Below, in pieces: positions 28,375-36,622 of a DNA stretch of 36,622 nucleotides. A program made the position numbers and the translations under genes. This DNA comes from a virus. Its lineage: Duplodnaviria; Heunggongvirae; Uroviricota; Caudoviricetes. Where the stretch lies: the IMG/VR virus record IMGVR_UViG_2531839531_000013, positions 1 to 36,622 of that record; one strand, written 5' to 3'. Numbering within the stretch: the stretch's first letter is position 1; each line of letters starts with the position of its first letter. The notes under the pieces were generated by a model. The model did not search any database. It saw only the letters and a list, made by a program, of their open reading frames with translations, and was not told the origin of the DNA.

Positions 28375-29228
28375 GCACGTACTCCGTACACGGCAGAACT
28401 GTCCACGCCACGCGAATAATCAAATCCCACCCAGCAGCGCGGCCCGGAAACAGCAATGATTTCTGTTGCTGATTTACCCTCGCCAGCTGCCACACCGATG
28501 CTGCGTTTTGCTTTGATGTAGTGGTGGGTGAAATTGCGATACAACGAACGGATCAGGGATGTGTCACTGTTAGAAACAATGACCGGATGTCCTTCTGATA
28601 ACCGATGTTCAAGAACGGATGCCAGGTGATACTGGTCATCTTCAGTGAAACCATCAGTGTGATAGCCGGAAAACGTACCGTCATACGGCGGATCGCAATA
28701 CACCACATCCCCCGCCTTCAACATCGCCAGCGTTTCATCAAAGCTGGCGCAGATAAACGTTGCTCGCTGGGCTTTTTCTGCAAATGCGCGAATTTCTTTT
28801 TCAGGGAAATACGGATTTTTATAATTACCGTAGGGAATGTTGAAATGCCCGCTCTTGTTATAGCGACATAAACCACGGTAACCGTGACGATTGAGATACA
28901 GGAAATATACCGCTTTCATGAAATCAGTAATTTCAGTTGAGTAATTAAACTCCTGCCTTATGTTGTAATAAGCCACCTCCCTGTTTGCTTCCTCAAATAA
29001 AGCTCTGGCGCGAGATATAAACGATTCACAATCAGCAGCAACCTTTTTATAGAGGTTGATTAAATCAGGATTAATATCCGCAACAAGATAGCTGGGGTAC
29101 TCCGTCTCCATCATCACAGCACAGGAACCCGCGAAAGGTTCAACCAGTCGCGGGCCAGCAGGAAGATGCTTTTTCAGTTCGGACATAATGGCGGTTTTAT
29201 TTCCCGCCCATTTCAGGATGGTGCTCAT
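28371..29228 (-). CDS. DNA N6-adenine methyltransferase (Dam-like)
   Basis: N-terminal KWAGNK...EPFAGS and catalytic DPPY motifs; start taken at [15 protein letters not shown]-coupled to the upstream gene. ORF track extends to 29288. Confidence 0.85.
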
Positions 29229-29452
29229 ACAGCACCTCCGTTGTAATGTTTGCCTTTCAGCTCTGCGATTTCCTGACAGGTAATGCAAAGCTGCACACCC
29301 GGAATGGCGCGGCGGCGTGCTGGCGGAATTGGCGCTTCACACTCAATGCAAAGCACGCGGGACACGCCCGGCGTTTTGGCACGGGCAGAACGGATATGGC
29401 GCTGGCGTTCTTCTTCAACGCGCTGCTGTACGAGATCCATTGCATCAGCCAT
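29225..29452 (-). CDS. TraR/DksA-type C4 zinc-finger protein
   Basis: CIECEAPIP...CITCQ four-cysteine arrangement; 75 aa. Confidence 0.7.
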   Translation of the reverse strand: MADAMDLVQQRVEEERQRHIRSARAKTPGVSRVLCIECEAPIPPARRRAIPGVQLCITCQEIAELKGKHYNGGAV

Positions 29453-29691
29453 TAGTGGATCTCCTGCGCTTCGTTCTGGATTGCTTCAGCTGCCACACGC
29501 AGCAGTTCAGCCGCTTCAACGTGGTTTAGCTGGCGGGATGTGATATGGCACGCAAGGCTATCAAGGCGAGCTGCCATTGCTTCAGCTCTTGCCCGGCGTT
29601 CTTCCAGACGAGCCTCTGTCAGTAAAATATTAAGCCCTGCATCATCCGGTCCGGTTTTAGTCGTGAGGGTTTCAATATTACGCATAATCAA
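29452..29691 (-). CDS. Hypothetical early protein (79 aa)
   Basis: ORF in operon context only. Confidence 0.5.
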   Translation of the reverse strand: MIMRNIETLTTKTGPDDAGLNILLTEARLEERRARAEAMAARLDSLACHITSRQLNHVEAAELLRVAAEAIQNEAQEIH

Positions 29692-29752
29692 TTCTCCTGA
29701 ATTTAGCTAAAGGGATACCCGGCGGGTTTACGCCATGAATTTCATTAGTTGG

Positions 29753-30094
29753 TTAATTCGGCATGGTTAGCCGTCTGGGAAATAAGCTCACCACTGCACG
29801 AAAATGATTCATTGCTTTAATCAGCTCCCGCTTTTCGTCAGTGGTCAGCTCATTAATGCTGATGCTATGACGTTCAGCTGGAATTTTTGCCATAAAGAAT
29901 ATAGCAGCCAGTGCCCGTTTATTTTGTTCATTATTGATATCCCGTGGATCACGCATATCTTTAATAAACCGCTCCAGCTCTGACTCAATATTCAGGCCAA
30001 AAACTTTCGCCCTTAACTCCGCAATATGATTAAGTCCATTCAGGCGTTCACCGGGTCTTAATGGAACAGTCGCCGCAGCGCCTTCAATAGCCAT
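29753..30094 (-). CDS. Hypothetical early protein (113 aa)
   Basis: ORF with GGGGGA Shine-Dalgarno; operon context. Confidence 0.5.
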   Translation of the reverse strand: MAIEGAAATVPLRPGERLNGLNHIAELRAKVFGLNIESELERFIKDMRDPRDINNEQNKRALAAIFFMAKIPAERHSISINELTTDEKRELIKAMNHFRAVVSLFPRRLTMPN

Positions 30095-30258
30095 TGGTTC
30101 CCCCGTTTTTTCGTTGATAGTTCTGCCAGCAATTCATCTTGCGAACGGCACGGATGCCAGCGTTTACCATCCTCACCCATGATCCAGCCGTGACCGTAGT
30201 GCATTGCCGGACTTTGTTTTACCAGCAGCGATGCAAATGATGGTTCTTTCGTCAGCAT
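30058..30258 (-). CDS. Hypothetical early protein (about 66 aa) directly after cII
   Basis: Start taken at MLTKEPS, 8 nt after the cII stop; overlaps the next ORF by 37 nt. Confidence 0.45.
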   Translation of the reverse strand: MLTKEPSFASLLVKQSPAMHYGHGWIMGEDGKRWHPCRSQDELLAELSTKKRGNQWLLKALRRLFH

Positions 30259-30265
30259 AAGCACC

Positions 30266-30775
30266 TCACAGCAAACCGAATGAAGCACCGAGGCCAGTCA
30301 CGGTATCAACTGCACTCGCCATCGCAGGATTAGCCTGTAAACGGGCCTGCAATGAAACAGCAGCCAGCGCCATCAGTCGTGTAACAGAGTTAATGCTGCT
30401 GATCGCATCACGACGGCCTACACTGGTTTTTACATCGCCAGAAACCGCACCTGCCGCGACACGCCCTATCTCTGCAGTTGCACTCATGACGTAATGCGGC
30501 AGTTTCTCTTTTGCCACCTCATTAATCGGTACACATGGCAGGCAGTGAATCTGTGCCAGAAAACCGTCTACCAGCGTTGAATCTTCCGTCAGATCGGTAA
30601 GTAGCCAGATATCTGGCGCATTGAGCTGATGCGGTTGATCTGGGTTGAGTTTGTTTCGCAGAGTCTGGACATTCATTCCTGCACGTTCTGCCAGCTTCGC
30701 CATATTGTGACGAAGTGCAAAAGCTCTACAGGCTTCATCAAAATGCGGGTGTTTGGAAATCTTATAATCAAACAT
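30266..30775 (-). CDS. cII: CII-like lysogeny-establishment regulator (186 type)
   Basis: 169 aa; long near-identical stretches to 186 CII as recalled (NMAKLAE.AGMNVQTLRNKLNP, WLLTDLTEDSTLVDGFLAQIHCLPCVP). Confidence 0.85.
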   Translation of the reverse strand: MFDYKISKHPHFDEACRAFALRHNMAKLAERAGMNVQTLRNKLNPDQPHQLNAPDIWLLTDLTEDSTLVDGFLAQIHCLPCVPINEVAKEKLPHYVMSATAEIGRVAAGAVSGDVKTSVGRRDAISSINSVTRLMALAAVSLQARLQANPAMASAVDTVTGLGASFGLL

Positions 30776-30807
30776 GCTACCCCCTTAGAAAGTTCTCATA
30801 ATTGAAC

Positions 30808-31050
30808 TTACTTACCAACAATGACGCGGAAGTTGGAATGTCCGAGGGATTCACGGACCTGATCAGTTTTGTACATCAGATAACGCAGACTTACGCGGCC
30901 TTTGTTTTTTTCTTTCTTGACCATGTACTTAGCAAGTTGACCATGGTGAATTTTTTGGTAAACAGAGCCGCGGGAAATGCCCTCCCACTCTGCGAACTCT
31001 GCAGGTGTTGCCATCTCTTTTGGTACACGAATTGAAATATCAGTACTCAT
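30808..31050 (-). CDS. apl: Apl/Cox-like excisionase and repressor of the lysogenic promoter
   Basis: 80 aa, first gene of the leftward lytic operon, divergent from cI. Confidence 0.7.
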   Translation of the reverse strand: MSTDISIRVPKEMATPAEFAEWEGISRGSVYQKIHHGQLAKYMVKKEKNKGRVSLRYLMYKTDQVRESLGHSNFRVIVGK

Positions 31051-31096
31051 AGTGCAGTATCTCTTACTTTGTGTGCGTGTTAGTTCGTTTTAGCCC

Positions 31097-31152
31097 GTCT
31101 CTTAAACTCTCACATCAAGAGACAAGAAAACATTACGATCTTGATTCAAGAT
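31097..31152. promoter_or_regulatory. Candidate operator dyads in the cI/apl switch region
   Basis: GTCTCTT-N13-AAGAGAC (31097..31123) and ATCTTGA-T-TCAAGAT (31138..31152). Confidence 0.4.
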
Positions 31153-31171
31153 TGTCAAATGGAGATTACCA

Positions 31172-31804
31172 ATGTTAAACATCAGAATGGGTTCCGATAC
31201 GGGAGGTAAAGCAGCTATTGAGAGGCTGCTTGCGGCTTATGGATTCACAACTAAGCAGGCATTAAGTGAGCACCTGAATGTCTCAAAAAGCACTATGGCA
31301 AACAGAGTGTTACGTGACAGCTTTCCTGCTGACTGGATAATTCAGTGCGCACTAGAAACCGGTGTTTCGTTGCTTTGGTTAGCTACAGGACAGGGAAGCA
31401 TGAAAGCAGGATCTGAGACTGAAAAAAGATCTCATAATGAGAACAAACAAGCAATTAAACCGTTATCTAAACTCATAACTCCATCTATTCCTAAAGGAAC
31501 CTTGGAGAATGGACAACTCAGTATTGATGAAGAGATTTTCCTAGACCACAGCATATTACCTGCAAATTATGAAGAATCGATGTTCTTAGAAACCCCTACT
31601 GATTGTTATCTCATCGATAAATCAGTTAAACAAGTCAGCAATGGATTCTGGCTTATCAATATTGATGGAATGATTATTATTGCAAAAATTATGCGGATTC
31701 CCGGCAATAAGATTGTAGTAAATCAAGATGAAGCGTCTTTCGAGTGCTCTGCTGATGATGTGGAAGTTATTGGGCGTGCAGTCAAAGTAATAAAGAGTAT
31801 CTAA
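31172..31804 (+). CDS. cI: CI-like immunity repressor (186 type)
   Basis: 210 aa, cotranscribed with int; N-terminal HTH region resembles 186 CI as recalled. Confidence 0.75.
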   Translation: MLNIRMGSDTGGKAAIERLLAAYGFTTKQALSEHLNVSKSTMANRVLRDSFPADWIIQCALETGVSLLWLATGQGSMKAGSETEKRSHNENKQAIKPLSKLITPSIPKGTLENGQLSIDEEIFLDHSILPANYEESMFLETPTDCYLIDKSVKQVSNGFWLINIDGMIIIAKIMRIPGNKIVVNQDEASFECSADDVEVIGRAVKVIKSI

Positions 31805-31806
31805 AC

Positions 31807-32823
31807 ATGACTGTCAGAAAACAGCCAAACGGCAAATGGTTGTGTGAGTGCTATCCCAATGGACGCAATGGCAAGCGCGTGCGTAAGCAATTTGCTACGA
31901 AAGGAGAAGCCATTGCTTTTGAAAGCTTCACAATGGAAGAAGTGAATAAAAAACCGTGGCTAGGTGAAAAGGATGATCGGCGACGCCTATCAGAATTAAT
32001 TGAGCTTTGGTATTCCCTGTATGGCCAGACACTCGCAGACCCCAAGCGCCTCATGGCGAAACTTAGAATTATCTGTAATGGTCTAGGCGACCCCATCGCC
32101 TCAGAACTGACAGCCGGTGACTTTACAAAATACCGCGAAGCACGGTTAAAAGGCGACGTTCGTAACGAAGACGGCACACTAATGTCGCCAGTAAAACCAC
32201 GCACGGTGAATCTTGAGCAACGTAACCTATCATCGGTTTTCGGCACATTGAAAAAACTAGGCCACTGGTCAGCACCAAATCCTCTCGCCGGGCTGCCAAC
32301 ATTTAAAATCGCTGAGGGGGAACTGGCGTTCCTGACCTCGGAAGAAATTAAACGTCTGCTAGATGCCTGCGCTGATTCTCAAAACCCCAGTCTGCTTTTG
32401 ATTGCAAAAATATGCCTGGCCACCGGCGCACGCTGGAGTGAAGCCGAAAACCTGCAGGGCCATCAGTTATCTAAATACCGCATCACTTATACCAAGACGA
32501 AGGGCAAGAAAAACCGCACCGTGCCGATATCTCAAGATCTGTATGACGAACTCCCCAAGAACAGAGGGAAGCTATTCACCCCGTGCAGAAAAGCCTTTGA
32601 ACGGGCAGTAAAGCGAGCTGGCATCGAGCTGCCAGAGGGCCAATGCACTCACGTGCTACGTCATACATTCGCCAGTCATTTTATGATGAATGGCGGAAAC
32701 ATACTGGTCCTACGCGATATTCTGGGCCATGCCGATATAAAAATGACGATGATTTACGCCCACTTTTCGCCGGATCATCTTGAAGATGCAGTTACTAAAA
32801 ACCCTTTATGCAACTTAAGATAG
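31807..32823 (+). CDS. int: Tyrosine integrase, P2 Int family
   Basis: 338 aa; matches recalled P2 Int over TGARWSEA, HxLRHxFA and ILGH...M.YAHF catalytic regions. Confidence 0.9.
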   Translation: MTVRKQPNGKWLCECYPNGRNGKRVRKQFATKGEAIAFESFTMEEVNKKPWLGEKDDRRRLSELIELWYSLYGQTLADPKRLMAKLRIICNGLGDPIASELTAGDFTKYREARLKGDVRNEDGTLMSPVKPRTVNLEQRNLSSVFGTLKKLGHWSAPNPLAGLPTFKIAEGELAFLTSEEIKRLLDACADSQNPSLLLIAKICLATGARWSEAENLQGHQLSKYRITYTKTKGKKNRTVPISQDLYDELPKNRGKLFTPCRKAFERAVKRAGIELPEGQCTHVLRHTFASHFMMNGGNILVLRDILGHADIKMTMIYAHFSPDHLEDAVTKNPLCNLR

Positions 32824-33138
32824 AGTAACTTATGAAAATAAACTCAAATTATTTACAAATATAATATTCAGCAGGTTATCCATTCTTATTTAACTCTTCA
32901 GACTGAGATTAGATTTTATTTATAGAATAAGATAATTTCATATCACAAAAAACCTGTAAGCCCTCATCTTTGTTGTATAAAAACATAAAAGATGCCATAT
33001 TTAAAAAAGTAGAAAAGCATTGCAATGCAACATTAAAAATAAACCAATAAAAACCAGTCATTAGAAAATGAAAAAAAACAAAAACATTTTTTATCAAAGC
33101 TTCAGTCTGACTACTAGTTTGACTCTGCAATTAACTAT

Positions 33139-33168
33139 CAAGATGATCAATATTTATTGATCATCTTG
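33139..33168. repeat. Perfect 14-bp inverted repeat with 2-bp spacer
   Basis: CAAGATGATCAATA-TT-TATTGATCATCTTG, 34 bp downstream of the deaminase gene stop. Confidence 0.6.
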
Positions 33169-33201
33169 AAGTTGCCCTCAGGAAAGATGAGTATAATATT
33201 T

Positions 33202-34938
33202 CTACTCAAGAAGATATTCTAACTCATCTTTTATCGGGATAACTTGCTCATAAAGTCGGTGATATGACTTCCCAATTGCGCCTCTGAATTGTATTAACTT
33301 TGGTGGCTTGTTACCTATATTAATAATATGGTCTTGAGCTATACCTGGGTAGGGATCAATAAATACAATTTCAGATATACCTAACTGATAAGCTTTTTTC
33401 GCACACAGCTCACAGGGACTGGCAGTTGTATATAACCTCCCCCCCTGAACGCCAATGCCACCATATTTTGCAAGTTGTAAAAATGCGTTTTCCTCAGCAT
33501 GTAATGCACGTGTATGAACTTGATTACCTTTTTTATCTTTATCAAGATCATTATGTATATCTTTAAAACAATAAGATAAGTTCCTGCCTCTATAAATATC
33601 ACCAGTTTTATCTATCGCCCTAAAATTTAATAGTTTCTCATTAGCTTTAATTCTGAAAGAACTATTATTTCTCTCATAATGACTGTACACTTTTTCATCA
33701 AAGTCGTTCATTAGGCCATCTAGCGATCTCATAGAGCAAGGAATCTGACCGTTGGCGACATCATTCCAACCCACTGATTTTATTGAATTTTCACCATCAG
33801 TTACTACAGCTCCCACCTGTCTAGATATACAACCAGAGTTTAATTTTACCGTATACGCAACTTGCATAACCCTTTCCATTGCAGTAGGTGTTATCAGACC
33901 AGGATGCTTCATCAGTGCGATGTACCACGCTAATTGTGCTTTTAAAATATTGTCATTATCAAATTCATTTTTTGGGTTAAAAATGTGTATATCTGATAGT
34001 TCAATGCATTTAGTTACATTTGGATTAGTGAGATGTTTGTAAGAGTTATCACCTTTACCTGACTCTACAGAATCTATTTCCTCTATCTGCTTTTCAGAAA
34101 ACTTATGTAGTTTCCGCAAATAGTTTGTTCGATGTTCATCTGGGGCATTTATTGACATTAAATGAAATGCAGAATATCTATCCTTAAAAAATTTTGCTTC
34201 ATATGGATTTCTAATAGCATCTATGACAATTAATGCGTTATCTCTTTTGCTTTTTCTTATTAATTTAATAACCCTATTAATAGTTTCCGGCAAATGAAAA
34301 ACAGATTTAGGTATAAACTCTTTATCTTCAAAATCGACTTCAATACGCCCACGGCGTCTAATTGACTTACCTGCTAACTGATAGACTGAAACATATAAAT
34401 TTGAGTTTATCGCATTTAGTTCAGCTTTGAATTCCTTAGTAAATTTTCTAACTAACCTCAAAATTGATATAAATTTATTAATCGTTTTTTCATTAAGCTT
34501 CAATTCACTATTATGATCAAGCAAATTCTCAATTACATTTTTAAATCTTGTTAAAATGAGATTATCTGAAAATACACCAAAAGTTAATACATTATCTAAA
34601 TGCTCTTTACTGATAGATTTATTAGATGATAGAATAAACTCAGAAGCTTCTTCAACTGTTAACATCAAAAGATACGCTGAGATTAGGTCACTCACCTTAA
34701 TTGAGTAAAAATTTTCCCAGTGATTTTCTGCGAATTTTTTAACTATATTATAACGATGGACATCCAATCCCTTGTAAAAACCCTGTAATTTACTTACATC
34801 AGGGAAGACTGTTTTTTCGTTTTCAAGAATATTAGCTGTTGTTGTGCAACCAGAACCAGTTCGACCTGTCAAACCGACTAAAATAAACTGCCCATTTTCA
34901 AGGAAAAGCTCACTAACGAATTTTTTTTCTTTCATCAC
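33202..34938 (-). CDS. P-loop NTPase/kinase-like domain fused to a cytidine/dCMP deaminase domain (AvcD/DCD-like)
   Basis: N-terminal glycine-rich loop VGLTGRTGSGCTT; C-terminal zinc-deaminase signature HAEENA ... SPCELCAKK; 578 aa; very AT-rich. Confidence 0.75.
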   Translation of the reverse strand: MMKEKKFVSELFLENGQFILVGLTGRTGSGCTTTANILENEKTVFPDVSKLQGFYKGLDVHRYNIVKKFAENHWENFYSIKVSDLISAYLLMLTVEEASEFILSSNKSISKEHLDNVLTFGVFSDNLILTRFKNVIENLLDHNSELKLNEKTINKFISILRLVRKFTKEFKAELNAINSNLYVSVYQLAGKSIRRRGRIEVDFEDKEFIPKSVFHLPETINRVIKLIRKSKRDNALIVIDAIRNPYEAKFFKDRYSAFHLMSINAPDEHRTNYLRKLHKFSEKQIEEIDSVESGKGDNSYKHLTNPNVTKCIELSDIHIFNPKNEFDNDNILKAQLAWYIALMKHPGLITPTAMERVMQVAYTVKLNSGCISRQVGAVVTDGENSIKSVGWNDVANGQIPCSMRSLDGLMNDFDEKVYSHYERNNSSFRIKANEKLLNFRAIDKTGDIYRGRNLSYCFKDIHNDLDKDKKGNQVHTRALHAEENAFLQLAKYGGIGVQGGRLYTTASPCELCAKKAYQLGISEIVFIDPYPGIAQDHIINIGNKPPKLIQFRGAIGKSYHRLYEQVIPIKDELEYLLE

Positions 34939-35130
34939 GTCCCACTTATGAATGTAAGAATATTCAACATATTAATTATAATTTATTAACTCATTTTGTT
35001 CTAGATACTTGATGTAATGGCGGCACTTTGGCGACGGAGCATTAAAAACGCGTAAGACGAGCAAATACAACAAAACACTAACACATTGTTTTTAAATATA
35101 AATAGCTGTTTTTACTATACTAAAAATGGT

Positions 35131-35175
35131 ATGTAGGAATTTCGGACGCGGGTTCAACTCCCGCCAGCTCCACCA
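35131..35175 (+). repeat. attR core: displaced original ssrA 3' end
   Basis: Identical to 358..402 and followed by the native ssrA terminator. Confidence 0.9.
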
Positions 35176-35221
35176 AAATTCTCCATCGGTGATTACCAGA
35201 GTCATCCGATGAAGTCCTAAG

Positions 35222-35254
35222 AGCCCGCACGGCGCAAGCCCTGCGGGCTTTTTT
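35222..35254 (+). terminator. Native ssrA intrinsic terminator
   Basis: GC-rich hairpin AGCCCGCACGGCGCAAGCCCTGCGGGCT followed by T6. Confidence 0.7.
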
Positions 35255-35309
35255 GTGCCCTCAATTTGTCCCGCGAAGTCCGAAGAAAACTAATTAAATC
35301 CGATCCTTT

Positions 35310-35361
35310 TAGGCACCTTGTTAGGCACCTCATAAAGCTTTATTGTTTTTTGAGGTGCCTA
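35310..35361. repeat. Three copies of TAGGCACCT (two direct, one inverted) upstream of intA
   Basis: 35310..35318, 35322..35330 and inverted at 35353..35361. Confidence 0.5.
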
Positions 35362-35380
35362 AAACTATGGAAACCCGGCA

Positions 35381-36622
35381 ATGGCAAGACAAACCAAACC
35401 TCTATCCGTTAAAGAAATAGAATCAGCCAAACCCAAGGAGGCGGACTACGTTCTCTATGATGGCGATGGCCTTGAGCTACTCATTAAATCCAGCGGGAGT
35501 AAAATCTGGCAGTTTCGCTACATTCGCCCTGTCACCAAGAAACGAGCAAAGAAGAGCATAGGCTCCTACCCGTCAGTTACCCTTGCCGATGCCAGAAACT
35601 ACCGTGCAGAGTCCCGCTCACTACTGGCTAAACAGATCGATCCGCAGGAACATCAGCAAGAACAATTGCGCAGTTCGCTGGAAGCCAAAACCAACACTTT
35701 CCAACTCGTAGCTGAACGTTGGTGGAATGTGAAGAAAGCCAGTGTGACAGAGGACTATGCGGAAGATATCTGGCGCTCTCTTGAAAGAGACGTCTTTCCT
35801 GCGATTGGCGACGTTAGCGTTACAGATATTAAAGCTCATACACTGGTTCAGGCCGTACAACCGGTTCAGGCCAGAGGAGCACTGGAAACTGTTCGTCGCC
35901 TGTGCCAACGTATTAATGAGGTCATGATCTATGCCCAGAACACAGGGCTGATTGATGCTGTTCCCAGCGTTAATATCGGTAAAGCCTTCGAGAAGCCTCA
36001 GAAAAAGAACATGCCCAGCATTCGACCGGATCAGCTACCTCAGTTAATGCAGACGATGCGAACAGCCAGCATTAGCCTTTCCACACGCTGCCTGTTCATG
36101 TGGCAACTTCTTACTATTACCCGCCCTGCCGAAGCGGCTGAAGCTCTCTGGGAAGAGGTAGACATAGAAGCGCGAGAGTGGAAGATTCCTGCAGCACGCA
36201 TGAAAATGAACCGCGACCATACTGTTCCATTGTCAGATGAAGCAATTGCGATACTAGAGATGATGAAGCCGTTAAGTGGAAATCGAGAATTTATCTTTCC
36301 CAGCCGCATCAAGCCAAACCAGCCGATGAACAGTCAGACCGTAAACGCATCGCTAAAACGCGCAGGTTTTGGTGGGGTGCTCGTTTCACACGGCCTGCGA
36401 TCTATCGCCAGTACAGCCCTTAATGAGCAGGGATTTCCACCTGATGTTATTGAGGCTGCACTTGCTCATGTGGATAAGAATGAGGTTCGTCGTGCGTATA
36501 ACCGTAGTGATTATCTTGAGCAGCGACGGCCTATGATGCAGTGGTGGGCTGATTTTGTGATGGCTGCAGATCACGGTAGTATGATTGAAGGAGGGATAAA
36601 GGCAATGCGGTTAGTTGGATGA
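35381..36622 (+). CDS. intA: Tyrosine integrase of a second ssrA-associated island (CP4-57 IntA-like)
   Basis: 413 aa, MARQTKPLSVKEIESAKPKEADYVLYDGDGLELLIKSSGSKIWQFRY... resembles E. coli IntA as recalled; lies directly downstream of the displaced ssrA end. Confidence 0.85.
   Translation: MARQTKPLSVKEIESAKPKEADYVLYDGDGLELLIKSSGSKIWQFRYIRPVTKKRAKKSIGSYPSVTLADARNYRAESRSLLAKQIDPQEHQQEQLRSSLEAKTNTFQLVAERWWNVKKASVTEDYAEDIWRSLERDVFPAIGDVSVTDIKAHTLVQAVQPVQARGALETVRRLCQRINEVMIYAQNTGLIDAVPSVNIGKAFEKPQKKNMPSIRPDQLPQLMQTMRTASISLSTRCLFMWQLLTITRPAEAAEALWEEVDIEAREWKIPAARMKMNRDHTVPLSDEAIAILEMMKPLSGNREFIFPSRIKPNQPMNSQTVNASLKRAGFGGVLVSHGLRSIASTALNEQGFPPDVIEAALAHVDKNEVRRAYNRSDYLEQRRPMMQWWADFVMAADHGSMIEGGIKAMRLVG

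Larger units (their letters stand above)
403..35130 (-). mobile_element. P2/186-family (Fels-2-like) prophage with cargo, integrated in the ssrA 3' end
   Basis: Bracketed by the 45-bp direct repeats; contains a P2-type integrase, 186-type cI/apl/cII switch, replication gene A and the complete P2 late gene order. Confidence 0.9.

Noticed and set aside
32909-33130. 73-aa minus-strand ORF in the AT-rich int-attR spacer
   Set aside because: Extremely AT-rich, no ribosome-binding site, Phe/Asn/Lys-dominated low-complexity translation; likely non-coding.
35131-35175. Second tmRNA or tRNA gene
   Set aside because: Only the terminal 45 bp of ssrA are present; this is an attachment-site repeat, not a second RNA gene.
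1-36622. CRISPR array
   Set aside because: No regularly spaced direct repeats were seen; the only short repeats are the hix-like sites, the att cores and the TAGGCACCT triplet.

Overview
This window is an Escherichia-type ssrA (tmRNA) locus carrying a roughly 34.7 kb P2/186-family (Fels-2-like) prophage inserted into the 3' end of ssrA, followed by the start of a second ssrA-type island (CP4-57-like integrase). All calls are from reading the sequence and ORF track, recalled family motifs and P2/186 gene order; no database search was run. The complete tmRNA lies at 40..402, and its last 45 bp recur exactly at 35131..35175, bracketing the element. The prophage has the full P2 late gene order (ogr, D, U, T, E/E', FII, FI, a Cin/Gin-type invertible tail-fibre segment, G, H, I, J, W, V, S, R, lysis cassette, X, L, M, N, O, P, Q) and a 186-type early region (replication initiator A, Dam methylase, TraR-like zinc finger, cII, apl, cI, int, plus a LexA-box-controlled DinI-like tum module). 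The most interesting content is AT-rich cargo at the two seams of the phage genome. Flanking attP are a compact retron-like reverse transcriptase with a 57-aa membrane protein and an adjacent structured RNA candidate (511..1690), and an AvcD/DCD-like kinase-deaminase (33202..34938). Flanking cos are a zinc-ribbon/DUF4145-like protein (23522..24220) and an HNH nuclease-domain protein (24532..25251). The reverse-transcriptase module is my best candidate for an undescribed system. The capsid scaffold gene O appears broken by a 1-nt frameshift.
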